A stretch of DNA of 64,000 bases from assembly GCA_018971305.1 (NCBI GenBank), contig JAGXBC010000002.1, positions 80,046-144,045 of the forward strand. The letters are read 5' to 3'. Made by a program: the position numbers and the translations under genes. The notes under the pieces are model-generated. The model saw nothing but the letters and a program-made list of their open reading frames with translations, did not search any database and had not been told where the DNA came from. Origin of the DNA: Patescibacteria group bacterium. GTDB taxonomy: Bacteria; Patescibacteriota; Minisyncoccia; UBA6257; 2-01-FULL-56-20. Positions 37,368-46,835 of the stretch are shown piece by piece; the first letter of the stretch is position 1, and every line of letters begins with the position of its first letter.

Positions 37368-38508
37368 TATGGAAACAGCGCAGAGGATAATTCCGAAAGA
37401 ATGGAGTATAAAAAAGGTTGAAGACCTTTTTGAAATAGGCCGCGGAAGAGTTATTAGTAAAAAAGAGATTCAACAAAACCCGGGACCATTCCCAGTATAC
37501 TCTTCTCAGACTTCAAACGGTGGGGAGTTCGGGAAAATAGGAACCTATGATTTTGAGGGGGAATATTTAACATGGACTACTGACGGCATTTATGCTGGGG
37601 CAGTATTTTATCGGAACGGTAAGTTTAACTGTACAAACGTTTGTGGAACCTTAAAACCAAGAGGGCATATTGATGCTCGATTTTTCTCTTACCTGCTGCC
37701 GTTGTACGCAGGGCGGCATGTCGTAAGAACCGCTAATCCAAAATTGATGAACAATGTCATGGCAAGGGTTTCAATACCAGTCCCGCCAATTAAGGAACAG
37801 AAGAAGATTTCAGAAATTTTAGTGGCGGTTGATCGGATAATTCGAGGCACGGACGAGATTATCGCCGTTACGGGGAAACTTAAGCGAGGGCTAATGCAGC
37901 ATTTTTTTGCCAAAAGCGAATGGAATAGAAAAAAGATTGCTGATATTGCAGAAGTTGTCACCGGTGGTACCCCAAAAACATCGGTCCCAGAATATTGGGA
38001 TGGTTCAATCCGATGGATGTCATCCGGCGAGGTTAATCTAAGACGGGTCAGGGATACGGAAAAAATGATCACACAGAAAGGATTTGATAATTCTAACGCG
38101 CGAATGTTACCTCTTGGGACGGTAATGGTTGCGTTGGCTGGTCAGGGGAAAACTCGAGGGAAGGTAGCAATATTAGAAATTGAGACTACGTGCAACCAAT
38201 CTCTTGCCGGGATTATTCCGAACGCGAATCTTTTATCGAATGAATTTCTCTTTTACAACCTCGAATATCGTTACCAAGAACTGAGAGATATTAGCGGCGG
38301 CGAAGGTCGCGCAGGATTAAATCTAAAACTGATCAAAGAGTTTGTGGTTCCAGTCCCGCCACTACAGGAGCAGAAAAAGATTGCAACAGCCCTGACGTCA
38401 ATCGACAAAAAGATTTCAATCAACCAGAAATTAAAAGCCGAGCTTAATCTTCTCAAAAAAGGTCTCATGCAAGATCTTTTGAGCGGAAAAGTACGGGTAA
38501 CCATCTAA
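37351..38508 (+). CDS. hsdS: type I RM specificity subunit
   Basis: two TRDs with repeated PVPP..EQKKI and K.GLMQ conserved segments. Confidence 0.93.
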   Translation: MSLNIDMETAQRIIPKEWSIKKVEDLFEIGRGRVISKKEIQQNPGPFPVYSSQTSNGGEFGKIGTYDFEGEYLTWTTDGIYAGAVFYRNGKFNCTNVCGTLKPRGHIDARFFSYLLPLYAGRHVVRTANPKLMNNVMARVSIPVPPIKEQKKISEILVAVDRIIRGTDEIIAVTGKLKRGLMQHFFAKSEWNRKKIADIAEVVTGGTPKTSVPEYWDGSIRWMSSGEVNLRRVRDTEKMITQKGFDNSNARMLPLGTVMVALAGQGKTRGKVAILEIETTCNQSLAGIIPNANLLSNEFLFYNLEYRYQELRDISGGEGRAGLNLKLIKEFVVPVPPLQEQKKIATALTSIDKKISINQKLKAELNLLKKGLMQDLLSGKVRVTI

Positions 38509-38512
38509 AGAT

Positions 38513-39859
38513 ATGAAAGATAACGGCATCATAGAAAAAATATATGACATCGCGACTAGCCATTTCCACAAATGGTATGGTCTTCTTTCCGCGCTTCTTT
38601 TAGAGGCCATTGTCCTGCTTTTCGTTTATGGATTGGTGCCGAAAGGAGAAGTTCCTTTTGGATGGTATGTCATGGGGATGTCTGTCGTAGCAATTATTAT
38701 ATTGGCCGGCTGGGCGTTTTACGTTTGGCATTATCCAAAACGATCGAAGGATCGACTTGGAGTTGCGATTGCAGTTCAAATCGAAAACTCTGAAGACGCA
38801 AAGTTTTTTAAAAAGGACTTCCTTACCCCATTTAAGAGCAAAATTCATGAGTTGGATTTGCCATTTGATGTCTTAGTACTTAGAAACCACCAGTCGGAGA
38901 CAATTGAGACGATTGAAGATGCCAGGCATGTTTTAAAGAAGACGCGGGCGCATTTCTGCATTTGGGGTTCGATAAAAAAGAGGAGTGGCGCTCCCGCCGG
39001 AGAAAAATATCTATTTTCACTTCGTGGCATCGTTATACACCGGCCGATACAAGAGGTTCAAAAAGTGCTTCTTCGCAAAGAGTTCGATGCGCTTTTGCCC
39101 AATACTGTAATTTTTGAGGAAAACTTGGAGTTTCAGGCTTTTGAGTTCAGGGCAAACCAAGCTGTTACTGCCCTCGACTATATTACCGGACGAGCTGCTC
39201 TTTTGTCCGGCGATTTCAATACCGCAATTCGTTTACATGAATCTTTGCTTAAAGCCATAGAAAGCGGTCAATCTTTTCCGATCAGTGAGGACGCCCTTAA
39301 GAAACTGCTTTCCCTCGAATACGACCAGAAGGCTGGCTTTGAATTTTTTAACCCCCCTGCCGCAGGTACATATCAGGAAAGTATACGGAAATCGCTTCAA
39401 TACGATCAGAATAATTACGGTGCGCTTCTGAAGAGGGCAATCGTTGAATTTAATAACGGTAACGGTGATGCGCGCATCGCCATGAATACAATCAAGGAAG
39501 CTAAAAATCACGCAGGCGGTGGCTACCACTGGTTATACAGCAAGGCATTTTTACACTTCTGGCTTGAAGAATATAATGATGCACTCCAGTGCTGTGAAAA
39601 ATTGAAGGAAAAAAGTTATGGCGGCGAAGAAATTACCGTGGCGGAAGTAATCCTTTTTAACGAGAACCTACTAAAGACTTACGATAAACCGCAATTATAT
39701 TATTGGCTTGGCTTTGTAAGTATTGTGAAAAATAAAAATCTTTCTATAGCTGATAAATACTTTCAGCAATTTCTGGAACATGCGAATGATTCTACGAAAG
39801 ATCTTAAAACACGCGCCGAGAGTTATCTCTCGAGCATCAAAAAGGAAATCGGCTACTAA
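38513..39859 (+). CDS. hypothetical: two N-terminal TMs, alpha/beta domain, TPR-like C-terminus
   Basis: hydrophobic residues ~20-75; helical repeats (YYWLG, ADKYFQQFL); lies between hsdS and hsdR. Confidence 0.7.
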   Translation: MKDNGIIEKIYDIATSHFHKWYGLLSALLLEAIVLLFVYGLVPKGEVPFGWYVMGMSVVAIIILAGWAFYVWHYPKRSKDRLGVAIAVQIENSEDAKFFKKDFLTPFKSKIHELDLPFDVLVLRNHQSETIETIEDARHVLKKTRAHFCIWGSIKKRSGAPAGEKYLFSLRGIVIHRPIQEVQKVLLRKEFDALLPNTVIFEENLEFQAFEFRANQAVTALDYITGRAALLSGDFNTAIRLHESLLKAIESGQSFPISEDALKKLLSLEYDQKAGFEFFNPPAAGTYQESIRKSLQYDQNNYGALLKRAIVEFNNGNGDARIAMNTIKEAKNHAGGGYHWLYSKAFLHFWLEEYNDALQCCEKLKEKSYGGEEITVAEVILFNENLLKTYDKPQLYYWLGFVSIVKNKNLSIADKYFQQFLEHANDSTKDLKTRAESYLSSIKKEIGY

Positions 39860-39860
39860 T

Positions 39861-42773
39861 ATGAAATTCAACGAACAACATACAATTGAAAATCACATCA
39901 TCAAGTTTCTCAAAGAGGAGCTTGGTTATGAATACATCAAACCACAGGAATTTGCGAAGCTGCGGGAATTTGAGAATGAGTATGTAATCGTTTCGTTACT
40001 TACTGCGGCCGTAAAGAAAATCAATGGAATTACCGATGAAACAGAAGCGCAAGCGGTGGTGCGCGAGATCAAAAAACTCGACTCGAATGAGGCATTTTTA
40101 AATGTCCTTCGAAACGGGGTTAACCTGAAGGACCCCGAAACCGGAAAGATGCGCGACTATTTTGTTGTTGATTATGGCAAACCCGAGGATAACCACTTCG
40201 TTGTTACGAACCAGTTTTATTTCGAGGGCAATTCAGAAAATATTCGCCCGGATGTGATGGTATTCCTAAACGGTTTGCCAGTGGTTGATATTGAGGCCAA
40301 GAGCCCAACTGTCTCAAGTAGCATTGATTACTCCAATGCCGTAGGTCAGATAAAACGATATGAGCGCAATGCATTTAAGCTTTTCTGGTCGAACTGTTTC
40401 AATATTGCTTCCGATGGCCTGAAGACCGTATACGGCGCTACCTACGCTCCGGCGGAATACTTCTTGCAGTGGCGAGAGGAAGAATTGGAGAAAAAATATG
40501 GCGAAGAGCTCGAGGTGACCCTCGCCGCACTTCTCTCGCATGATCGCCTGCTGGATATTATTGGGAACTTCATTCTCTTTGAGAAAGAGCAGGAAGGAGC
40601 CGTGAAGAAAATTACCCGTTACATGCAGTATCGGGCAACGAATAAGATTATTGAACGCGTCCAAAAAGGAGAAACGAAACGCGGCCTCATTTGGCATACA
40701 CAGGGGTCGGGCAAATCTTTTACGATGTTTTTCACTGCGTGGAAGTTGCGGTTTGACAAGAAACTCAAAAATCCGAAGGTTTTTGTATTAGTGGATAGGA
40801 TTGATCTTGATGACCAGCTCTATAACACGTTTCTCAATTGTGGCGGACAAAATGTAGTCCGGGTAGAGTCGCGGCGCGATCTTGAACGCAAAATCCAATC
40901 TCCGGAGCGTGGTATTTTCATTTCTACGATTCAAAAGTTTTCCGAGTTGGGAGATGAAGTAAAGAACCTCGATGAAAACATTATCGTGCTTTCGGATGAG
41001 GCGCACCGGGATAATGAAGGCATCTCGGCGATTAACCTACGCAGCGCCATGACGAACGCCTTCTTCTTCGGCTTTACTGGTACGCCGATTGATCGGGTAA
41101 CGCTCAACACGCACCGCAACTTCGGCGAGGAGGGAGAGCGCTATCTTGATTACTATTCTATCCAGCAAGCCATTGATGATGGCGCGACGTTGCCGGTTAC
41201 TTACGAAGCACGACTTTCTAAATTCTTTATTGACGAAGAAGAACTCGATAAACAGTTTGACGAGCTTACTGTGGGTTTGAATGAAAAAGAGAAAGACCGA
41301 ATTTCAAAGAAATATGGCAAGAAAGAAGCGATCATAAAGCTCGATAGGCGCATGGAGGCGATTGCTCGGGATATCGAGGAGCATTTCAAACTCTATGTTG
41401 AACCAGCTGGCTTCAAGGCGCAGATTGTTTGCTATGACCGCGAGGCAACTGCGAAGTATAAAAAACTGCTTGATCAGCTGGTCCCCAAAAATTGGTCCGA
41501 GGTCATCTACTCTCCCGGCGATGCTAACACCGATCCGGAAGAATTACGGACATATAATACGACGAAGGCGAAGCGTGAGAAGCTCATTAACGAGTTCAAG
41601 GATCCTAATAGCCCTCTGAAGTTCTTGCTCGTTTGCGACATGCTTTTGACTGGCTTTGATGCGCCAGTCGAGCAAGTGATGTATCTCGATAAACCACTTT
41701 GGGATCACAATTTGCTGCAAGCAATAGCACGTACAAACCGTATTTACCCGAATAAGGGAGCTGGCAAGATTATTGATTATTACGGCATTACCCGGAGTCT
41801 TTACAAGGCGTTGAACTTCGACGAGAGCATCGTGGATTCCGCGATGATTAATATCGACAAACTTAAGGAAGAATTCGGTGAGGTTTTGGGTGAGCTTAAG
41901 AACCTTTTTGTCGGTATCAATATCGAAGATCCATCCATTGAAAATCTTCGCCGCTGTCTCAAGATCTTTGCGGACAATATCGAAAAGCAGAAGTTCTTCC
42001 AAGAGAAATACGCACGTCTTAAACTCCTCTTTGAAGTCCTGGCACCGGACCCGTTCTTAAAAAAGCACATTCGCGCTTTCGAATGGTTCACAAGCGTATT
42101 CATCGCTTTCGAGAAAGAATATGGCATGAAGGAGTCCGATGCAGAGTTACTCGCGAAATATGGCGAAAAGGTAAAACAGCTTATCCAGCAACGGGTTGAC
42201 TACGAGGGCATCACCAAGAACTTCCGCGAGCTTAACGTGAACGATCTTTACGTGATGGAGCGGCTCAATAAGATGGATGACGATGAAAAGGCGCTCAATC
42301 TGGAGAAGATGTTGAAGCAGGAAATTTCGATCAACGTAGATACGAATCCGGCCTACAAGAAATTCAGCGAGCGGCTCTTGGCGATACGAAAGGAATTCGA
42401 ACAGCACCAGATTGACCTTGCCGAGCGCATTAAACGCTACCAAGAGCTTTTGTCGGATATAAAAAAGAAAGGAGACGAGGCGAAGGAGCTCGGTTTCACG
42501 CTCAAGGAATATGGCCTATTCGTTATTTCGGAGGAATTTATCGTCGACAGCGATAAAGCCGCAGTGCATGAGTTCATCAAGGAAATGACTGGCCGACTGG
42601 AAGAAATGCTTGACGAAGGTTGGCAGGAATCCTCCAAGCGAGAAGAATTTTTAAAGGAAGCCAAGAGGATCATTCAGGAGCTTGTGCTCAAAGAATACAA
42701 AGGGAAGATAAAGGTCAACGACTTCCACAAGTACTTGAATCGGCTGATTGATATCGTAATTAAGAAATTCTGA
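39861..42773 (+). CDS. hsdR: type I RM restriction subunit
   Basis: RPD..FLNGLP..IEAK, HTQGSGKS, DEAHR, FTGTP, LTGFDAP, QAIARTNR. Confidence 0.96.
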   Translation: MKFNEQHTIENHIIKFLKEELGYEYIKPQEFAKLREFENEYVIVSLLTAAVKKINGITDETEAQAVVREIKKLDSNEAFLNVLRNGVNLKDPETGKMRDYFVVDYGKPEDNHFVVTNQFYFEGNSENIRPDVMVFLNGLPVVDIEAKSPTVSSSIDYSNAVGQIKRYERNAFKLFWSNCFNIASDGLKTVYGATYAPAEYFLQWREEELEKKYGEELEVTLAALLSHDRLLDIIGNFILFEKEQEGAVKKITRYMQYRATNKIIERVQKGETKRGLIWHTQGSGKSFTMFFTAWKLRFDKKLKNPKVFVLVDRIDLDDQLYNTFLNCGGQNVVRVESRRDLERKIQSPERGIFISTIQKFSELGDEVKNLDENIIVLSDEAHRDNEGISAINLRSAMTNAFFFGFTGTPIDRVTLNTHRNFGEEGERYLDYYSIQQAIDDGATLPVTYEARLSKFFIDEEELDKQFDELTVGLNEKEKDRISKKYGKKEAIIKLDRRMEAIARDIEEHFKLYVEPAGFKAQIVCYDREATAKYKKLLDQLVPKNWSEVIYSPGDANTDPEELRTYNTTKAKREKLINEFKDPNSPLKFLLVCDMLLTGFDAPVEQVMYLDKPLWDHNLLQAIARTNRIYPNKGAGKIIDYYGITRSLYKALNFDESIVDSAMINIDKLKEEFGEVLGELKNLFVGINIEDPSIENLRRCLKIFADNIEKQKFFQEKYARLKLLFEVLAPDPFLKKHIRAFEWFTSVFIAFEKEYGMKESDAELLAKYGEKVKQLIQQRVDYEGITKNFRELNVNDLYVMERLNKMDDDEKALNLEKMLKQEISINVDTNPAYKKFSERLLAIRKEFEQHQIDLAERIKRYQELLSDIKKKGDEAKELGFTLKEYGLFVISEEFIVDSDKAAVHEFIKEMTGRLEEMLDEGWQESSKREEFLKEAKRIIQELVLKEYKGKIKVNDFHKYLNRLIDIVIKKF

Positions 42774-42774
42774 A

Positions 42775-43344
42775 ATGCAAAAACAGATCGCATTGCAAAA
42801 TAAGAAAGTCGCTTACATCCTCCGAAAAAGCAAACGGGCCCGGAGGATGCGCCTTGCGGTGTATTGCGATGGATCTGTTGTGGTGACGATGCCACACGAT
42901 CTTCAGGAAACTATCGCTGAGCGATTTATTCGAGAAAAAACCGAATGGCTATTTTCAAAGTTGGCGTTTTTCAAGCAATTTGAGGGCAAGCCGGTTGCAC
43001 GATATAGTCATGACGATTATCTCAAGTATAAGGATGGCGCTCTTGCGCTTGTCCAAGATAAAGTTAATCACTTCACCAGCCAGCACGGATACCGATATAA
43101 CAAGATCGCGATTAAAAATCAGAAGACGTGCTGGGGCAGCTGCTCCCGAAAAGCCAATCTGAATTTTAACTATAAGATCTTGTTTTTGCCAGAAAACATT
43201 CAGAACTATATCGTTGCACACGAACTGTGCCACCTAAAAGAATTCAATCACTCGAAACAGTTTTGGAAATTAGTGGCAAATGTAATACCGGAATATATGG
43301 AGATTCGTAATCAGCTCAAAAAGAGCGGGGTAAGTTTTTATTAA
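42775..43344 (+). CDS. YgjP/DUF45-like metallopeptidase associated with type I RM
   Basis: WGSCS, YIVAHELCHL, NHS..FW. Confidence 0.9.
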   Translation: MQKQIALQNKKVAYILRKSKRARRMRLAVYCDGSVVVTMPHDLQETIAERFIREKTEWLFSKLAFFKQFEGKPVARYSHDDYLKYKDGALALVQDKVNHFTSQHGYRYNKIAIKNQKTCWGSCSRKANLNFNYKILFLPENIQNYIVAHELCHLKEFNHSKQFWKLVANVIPEYMEIRNQLKKSGVSFY

Positions 43345-43376
43345 TCCTACGTGGAAGAAGCTAAATTTCTAAATTC

Positions 43377-45914
43377 ATGGATAGCAGAACCCCATTTATA
43401 AAAGAAGTCGCGAAAACCATCGCGGAAAACCATGCTAAGGGCAGCGAATCTTTTATATTTGGCATCTCCGGCAAATGGGGTGAAGGGAAAACTTACTTTT
43501 TGCACGATCTCAAAAAAGAACTCAAATCTCGTGATAGCTCTTTCGAGATTTTTGACGTAAATGCATGGAAATTCTCTGCTGATAATATTTCTTTCCTTAG
43601 AAATTTCTTAAAAGCTCTCTATCAAAAAAGCGACTTTTGGACAGAAGACGATTTCCGATCATTATATTTTGACACTTCAGAAAGTGGTATTCATTGGAAA
43701 AGATTTGCAACTCTTGTTCTGGTATTGGGCGCTGCTGGCTGGGTCTATTCGCAGCCCGAAGTTTCTAGCTTTATAAACGGCCTCGCTCCGCAATGGAAGA
43801 TCATATCGTCGTTAATTTTGATCCCAACATTGCTTGCTGCTGTGGGTAAAATCGTGATTATTCAAAAGAGTGATCATGCGATTTCAACACTCGACAAATT
43901 CGATGACCTCTTAAAAAGGATAATCGCGCAGTTTAATATTGAGCAGAAAAAAGTAGTGGTATTTGTTGATGACCTTGATCGAGTAACTCCTGAGGTGGCG
44001 AGGGACGTCTTAGATAATCTCAGAACATTTTTCGACAAAAAGGAGCTTACTTTTGTCGTGACCGGAGATCATACTGTTTTAGAAAGATATCTTGGCAAAG
44101 ATCTTCTCCCGGACGAAGATGTACCGACACAGCTCGAAGAAGGGCGCAGATTCTTAAAAAAGATATTCAACGTTTATTGGCGCTTGCCGCTTCCTATAGA
44201 AAACGAGGTGGCAGTCTTCGTTGAAAACGAGTTTACTAAACGCTCCTCTGCCTTAAACGAAATGCTCACCGAAGAAGAGGATAGAAACAAATTCAAAAAT
44301 TATCTAAAAAAGTATTTTGAAAAAAACTTCCGGCAAATAATTAGATTCTTGGACACCACGCTTTTTAATTTTCAAATCATAAAACAGAAAGTGTCGGATG
44401 GCGACGATACACAAAAGCGATATTTTGAGGAAGTTGCAAAACATCCCTTGCTGATAATACGCATCTTAATGATTCAAGAATTATGTGCGCCTTTATTCGA
44501 AAAAATACTCAATGAGCCACAAATCTTAAGCGATTTAGAATACGCTGTCGATAAAAAGGATTCTGCCAAAGTAAATCAAATTGTGGACGATCATAAAAAA
44601 TATCTTTCTGACGCTCAACAGGGCTTCATAAAGAAATTTCTTTATGAAGAACCACGTTTTTACGAAGGGACGAACCTGACAGTGTCCGATCTTCGTCCGT
44701 TTCTTTTCTTAGCTGCGGATGCTAGCTTTGGTGACCAACGGGGACCGTCTAGTGACGATTTTATGATTATCGTTGATGGCGGAGATCCAGCGCAGGTCAA
44801 AAGTTCACTGGTGTCTATCGGCGAAACTAAAGCAAGGGCAGGAGCCAAAGCATTTATTACCCAATTAACTAGTCTGGCAGAACCAGCAAAAACCAATCAC
44901 ATTAAAACCTTAGTCATTGCGCTCGGGGATTTACCACCAGAATATGTGATGCACAAGATTTTTGCCGAAGAGCTGGCATCTGTGGATCTAAGCTCTACAA
45001 ATACTACCGCATCGGCAAATAAGTTAGGAGCATTTAATGCGTTTTGGGCATGGTTAGACATAGTCAAAGATGCAAGTTTACTAGCGTCATATCAAGATAA
45101 ATTTCCCTTTACAAGTGCCTCAGAGATTGATGCTATCAAAATTGATAAAGCCGGAGTATTTACTAGCAGCGTTGCTACGCGTTGGCTTAAAACTTACTAC
45201 TCTCAAGATACCCAGGACGCCGTAAACAAGATGTTGAGTATTTTCCCGAAGCTTGATCTTCCAGAAGTACACAAGCATATGGCGGGAATGGAAGAAGCAT
45301 TAGCAAATGAATTGATACGCGACGCCAATGCAGAATGGAGGGAAAAGCGATTTAGTCTAATAAAGGACTTTACTCCGGAAGGCAAAAAAGTGTTACGCCA
45401 AAAAATATTTGAACAAGCCTCAGCGTTAAATAAAGATATTGTACGGTGGGCAATCGGCAAATCCGGTGATCTATGGGAAACAACAGAAGTCGAGACTGCA
45501 GTACTTGAAAAGCTGGAAACGGCTCAAAACTTTAACGATATAGCGACTGCGCTTAGGTTTATCGTTGATAATAAAATTAGCTCACCAGAATTACTCTGGC
45601 CGAAAGTAATTCCTAAACATGCCACGCTATTAATCGATAATTTGCCACAAATGATCAACGAATCGTATCAAGCCATTTCGCCATCAGAAGAATACGCAAG
45701 CCAGATTATGGATCCCCTGATTCAAAAAATAAAGGGGCTCGGTGAGGCGGAGCAAATCCAGTGGCTTGATTATATAAAAAAGCCGAAATGGCTTTGGGCA
45801 AAAATTACTAAAAAACCGTCCGTTAGGAAATTTGCTGCTATCCAAAAATCTACTAACGATCAGCTCAAACAAGCTCTTACCGACTCTTTGGCAAGCTGGG
45901 ATGAATCGGCTTAA
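43377..45914 (+). CDS. KAP-family P-loop NTPase with long helical C-terminus
   Basis: GKWGEGKT, NAWKF, two TMs, VVFVDDLDR, FLKKIF..LP. Confidence 0.9.
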   Translation: MDSRTPFIKEVAKTIAENHAKGSESFIFGISGKWGEGKTYFLHDLKKELKSRDSSFEIFDVNAWKFSADNISFLRNFLKALYQKSDFWTEDDFRSLYFDTSESGIHWKRFATLVLVLGAAGWVYSQPEVSSFINGLAPQWKIISSLILIPTLLAAVGKIVIIQKSDHAISTLDKFDDLLKRIIAQFNIEQKKVVVFVDDLDRVTPEVARDVLDNLRTFFDKKELTFVVTGDHTVLERYLGKDLLPDEDVPTQLEEGRRFLKKIFNVYWRLPLPIENEVAVFVENEFTKRSSALNEMLTEEEDRNKFKNYLKKYFEKNFRQIIRFLDTTLFNFQIIKQKVSDGDDTQKRYFEEVAKHPLLIIRILMIQELCAPLFEKILNEPQILSDLEYAVDKKDSAKVNQIVDDHKKYLSDAQQGFIKKFLYEEPRFYEGTNLTVSDLRPFLFLAADASFGDQRGPSSDDFMIIVDGGDPAQVKSSLVSIGETKARAGAKAFITQLTSLAEPAKTNHIKTLVIALGDLPPEYVMHKIFAEELASVDLSSTNTTASANKLGAFNAFWAWLDIVKDASLLASYQDKFPFTSASEIDAIKIDKAGVFTSSVATRWLKTYYSQDTQDAVNKMLSIFPKLDLPEVHKHMAGMEEALANELIRDANAEWREKRFSLIKDFTPEGKKVLRQKIFEQASALNKDIVRWAIGKSGDLWETTEVETAVLEKLETAQNFNDIATALRFIVDNKISSPELLWPKVIPKHATLLIDNLPQMINESYQAISPSEEYASQIMDPLIQKIKGLGEAEQIQWLDYIKKPKWLWAKITKKPSVRKFAAIQKSTNDQLKQALTDSLASWDESA

Positions 45915-45966
45915 TATAGAACCGGTTACCAAACGACAACCAGTCCGGAGGTGTTATGGGCTATTA

Positions 45967-46701
45967 TTATCCTAATACTGCTCGCTCCCTTCTTTTAAGT
46001 TCCTTCATGATAAAACCCGAATTAATCGGCTTCCTGAAAAGAAAACATTGGGGTCGGTTTTTCTCGGGAACAACATAATCGACAAGACTTTTCCCATGAG
46101 GTAAACCGCAGTGCACTTGGTGAACGAATTCTTTTCCATACTTCGGATCATTAAAATCGCAGTAATACAAAATTTCGTCGGTACTCAACTGAAAACAATG
46201 AGAGTTGCCGTGTCCGAAAAAGTAAACTTCTTTGATGTTTTGGTTGCTCATTATTTTCTCTACATCGGAAATATTTGAGTCGGGATAGAATGAAAAATTT
46301 TGCTGCTTAGCCTCTAAGAGTTTTACCAAACCCTTTATTTCGCGCTTGAGAAAAATTGGCTTGACCCACCCTTCAAGAGTGAACCAATTCGAGTGTCCGA
46401 GAACGACGACCGCTTCGGTGGGCGCGTTTTGACTAAATTTCTTCAAATATTTCCTTACAAAAATATTTTGGAGTGGCCAAAGCACCAAAAATATTGGAGA
46501 GAAGAAAAACATCAGAAATTCTTGGCCAAAATAAACGATTCCCACGATCAGCACGAAGAACAGATGAACAAAGAGAACCGGCAACAGGTGACCCGTTCTT
46601 ATCCATGCATAAACGAGCACGCTCACGTAGGCGAAAAATAAGGGCAGCTTAAATTCAAGCCTTTGAATTGTCTTTCCGAACTTGCTTTCCGGTAATAGCA
46701 T
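45967..46701 (-). CDS. membrane-anchored protein with caspase/CHAT-like His-Gly...Cys pattern
   Basis: N-terminal TMs; VYFFGHG and FVHQVHCG about 30 residues later. Confidence 0.55.
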   Translation of the reverse strand: MLLPESKFGKTIQRLEFKLPLFFAYVSVLVYAWIRTGHLLPVLFVHLFFVLIVGIVYFGQEFLMFFFSPIFLVLWPLQNIFVRKYLKKFSQNAPTEAVVVLGHSNWFTLEGWVKPIFLKREIKGLVKLLEAKQQNFSFYPDSNISDVEKIMSNQNIKEVYFFGHGNSHCFQLSTDEILYYCDFNDPKYGKEFVHQVHCGLPHGKSLVDYVVPEKNRPQCFLFRKPINSGFIMKELKRRERAVLG

Positions 46702-46835
46702 GTATGTTTCAGGAGCATAATTCAGTGTTTGTAAAAAATCAATCTATTGAACTGGGAAGGTTTTTGACCATCTTTTTTCACCCACCGTGATGCAGCGGGT
46801 TTTTTGTGTTTCGCAAAAATAAATCAACAACTACC

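Noticed and set aside
39780-39860. Upstream extensions given by the ORF track (hsdR, parA, dprA, methyltransferase 58367, rluA)
   Set aside because: They overlap neighbouring genes or promoters; downstream ATGs fit the family N-termini better.
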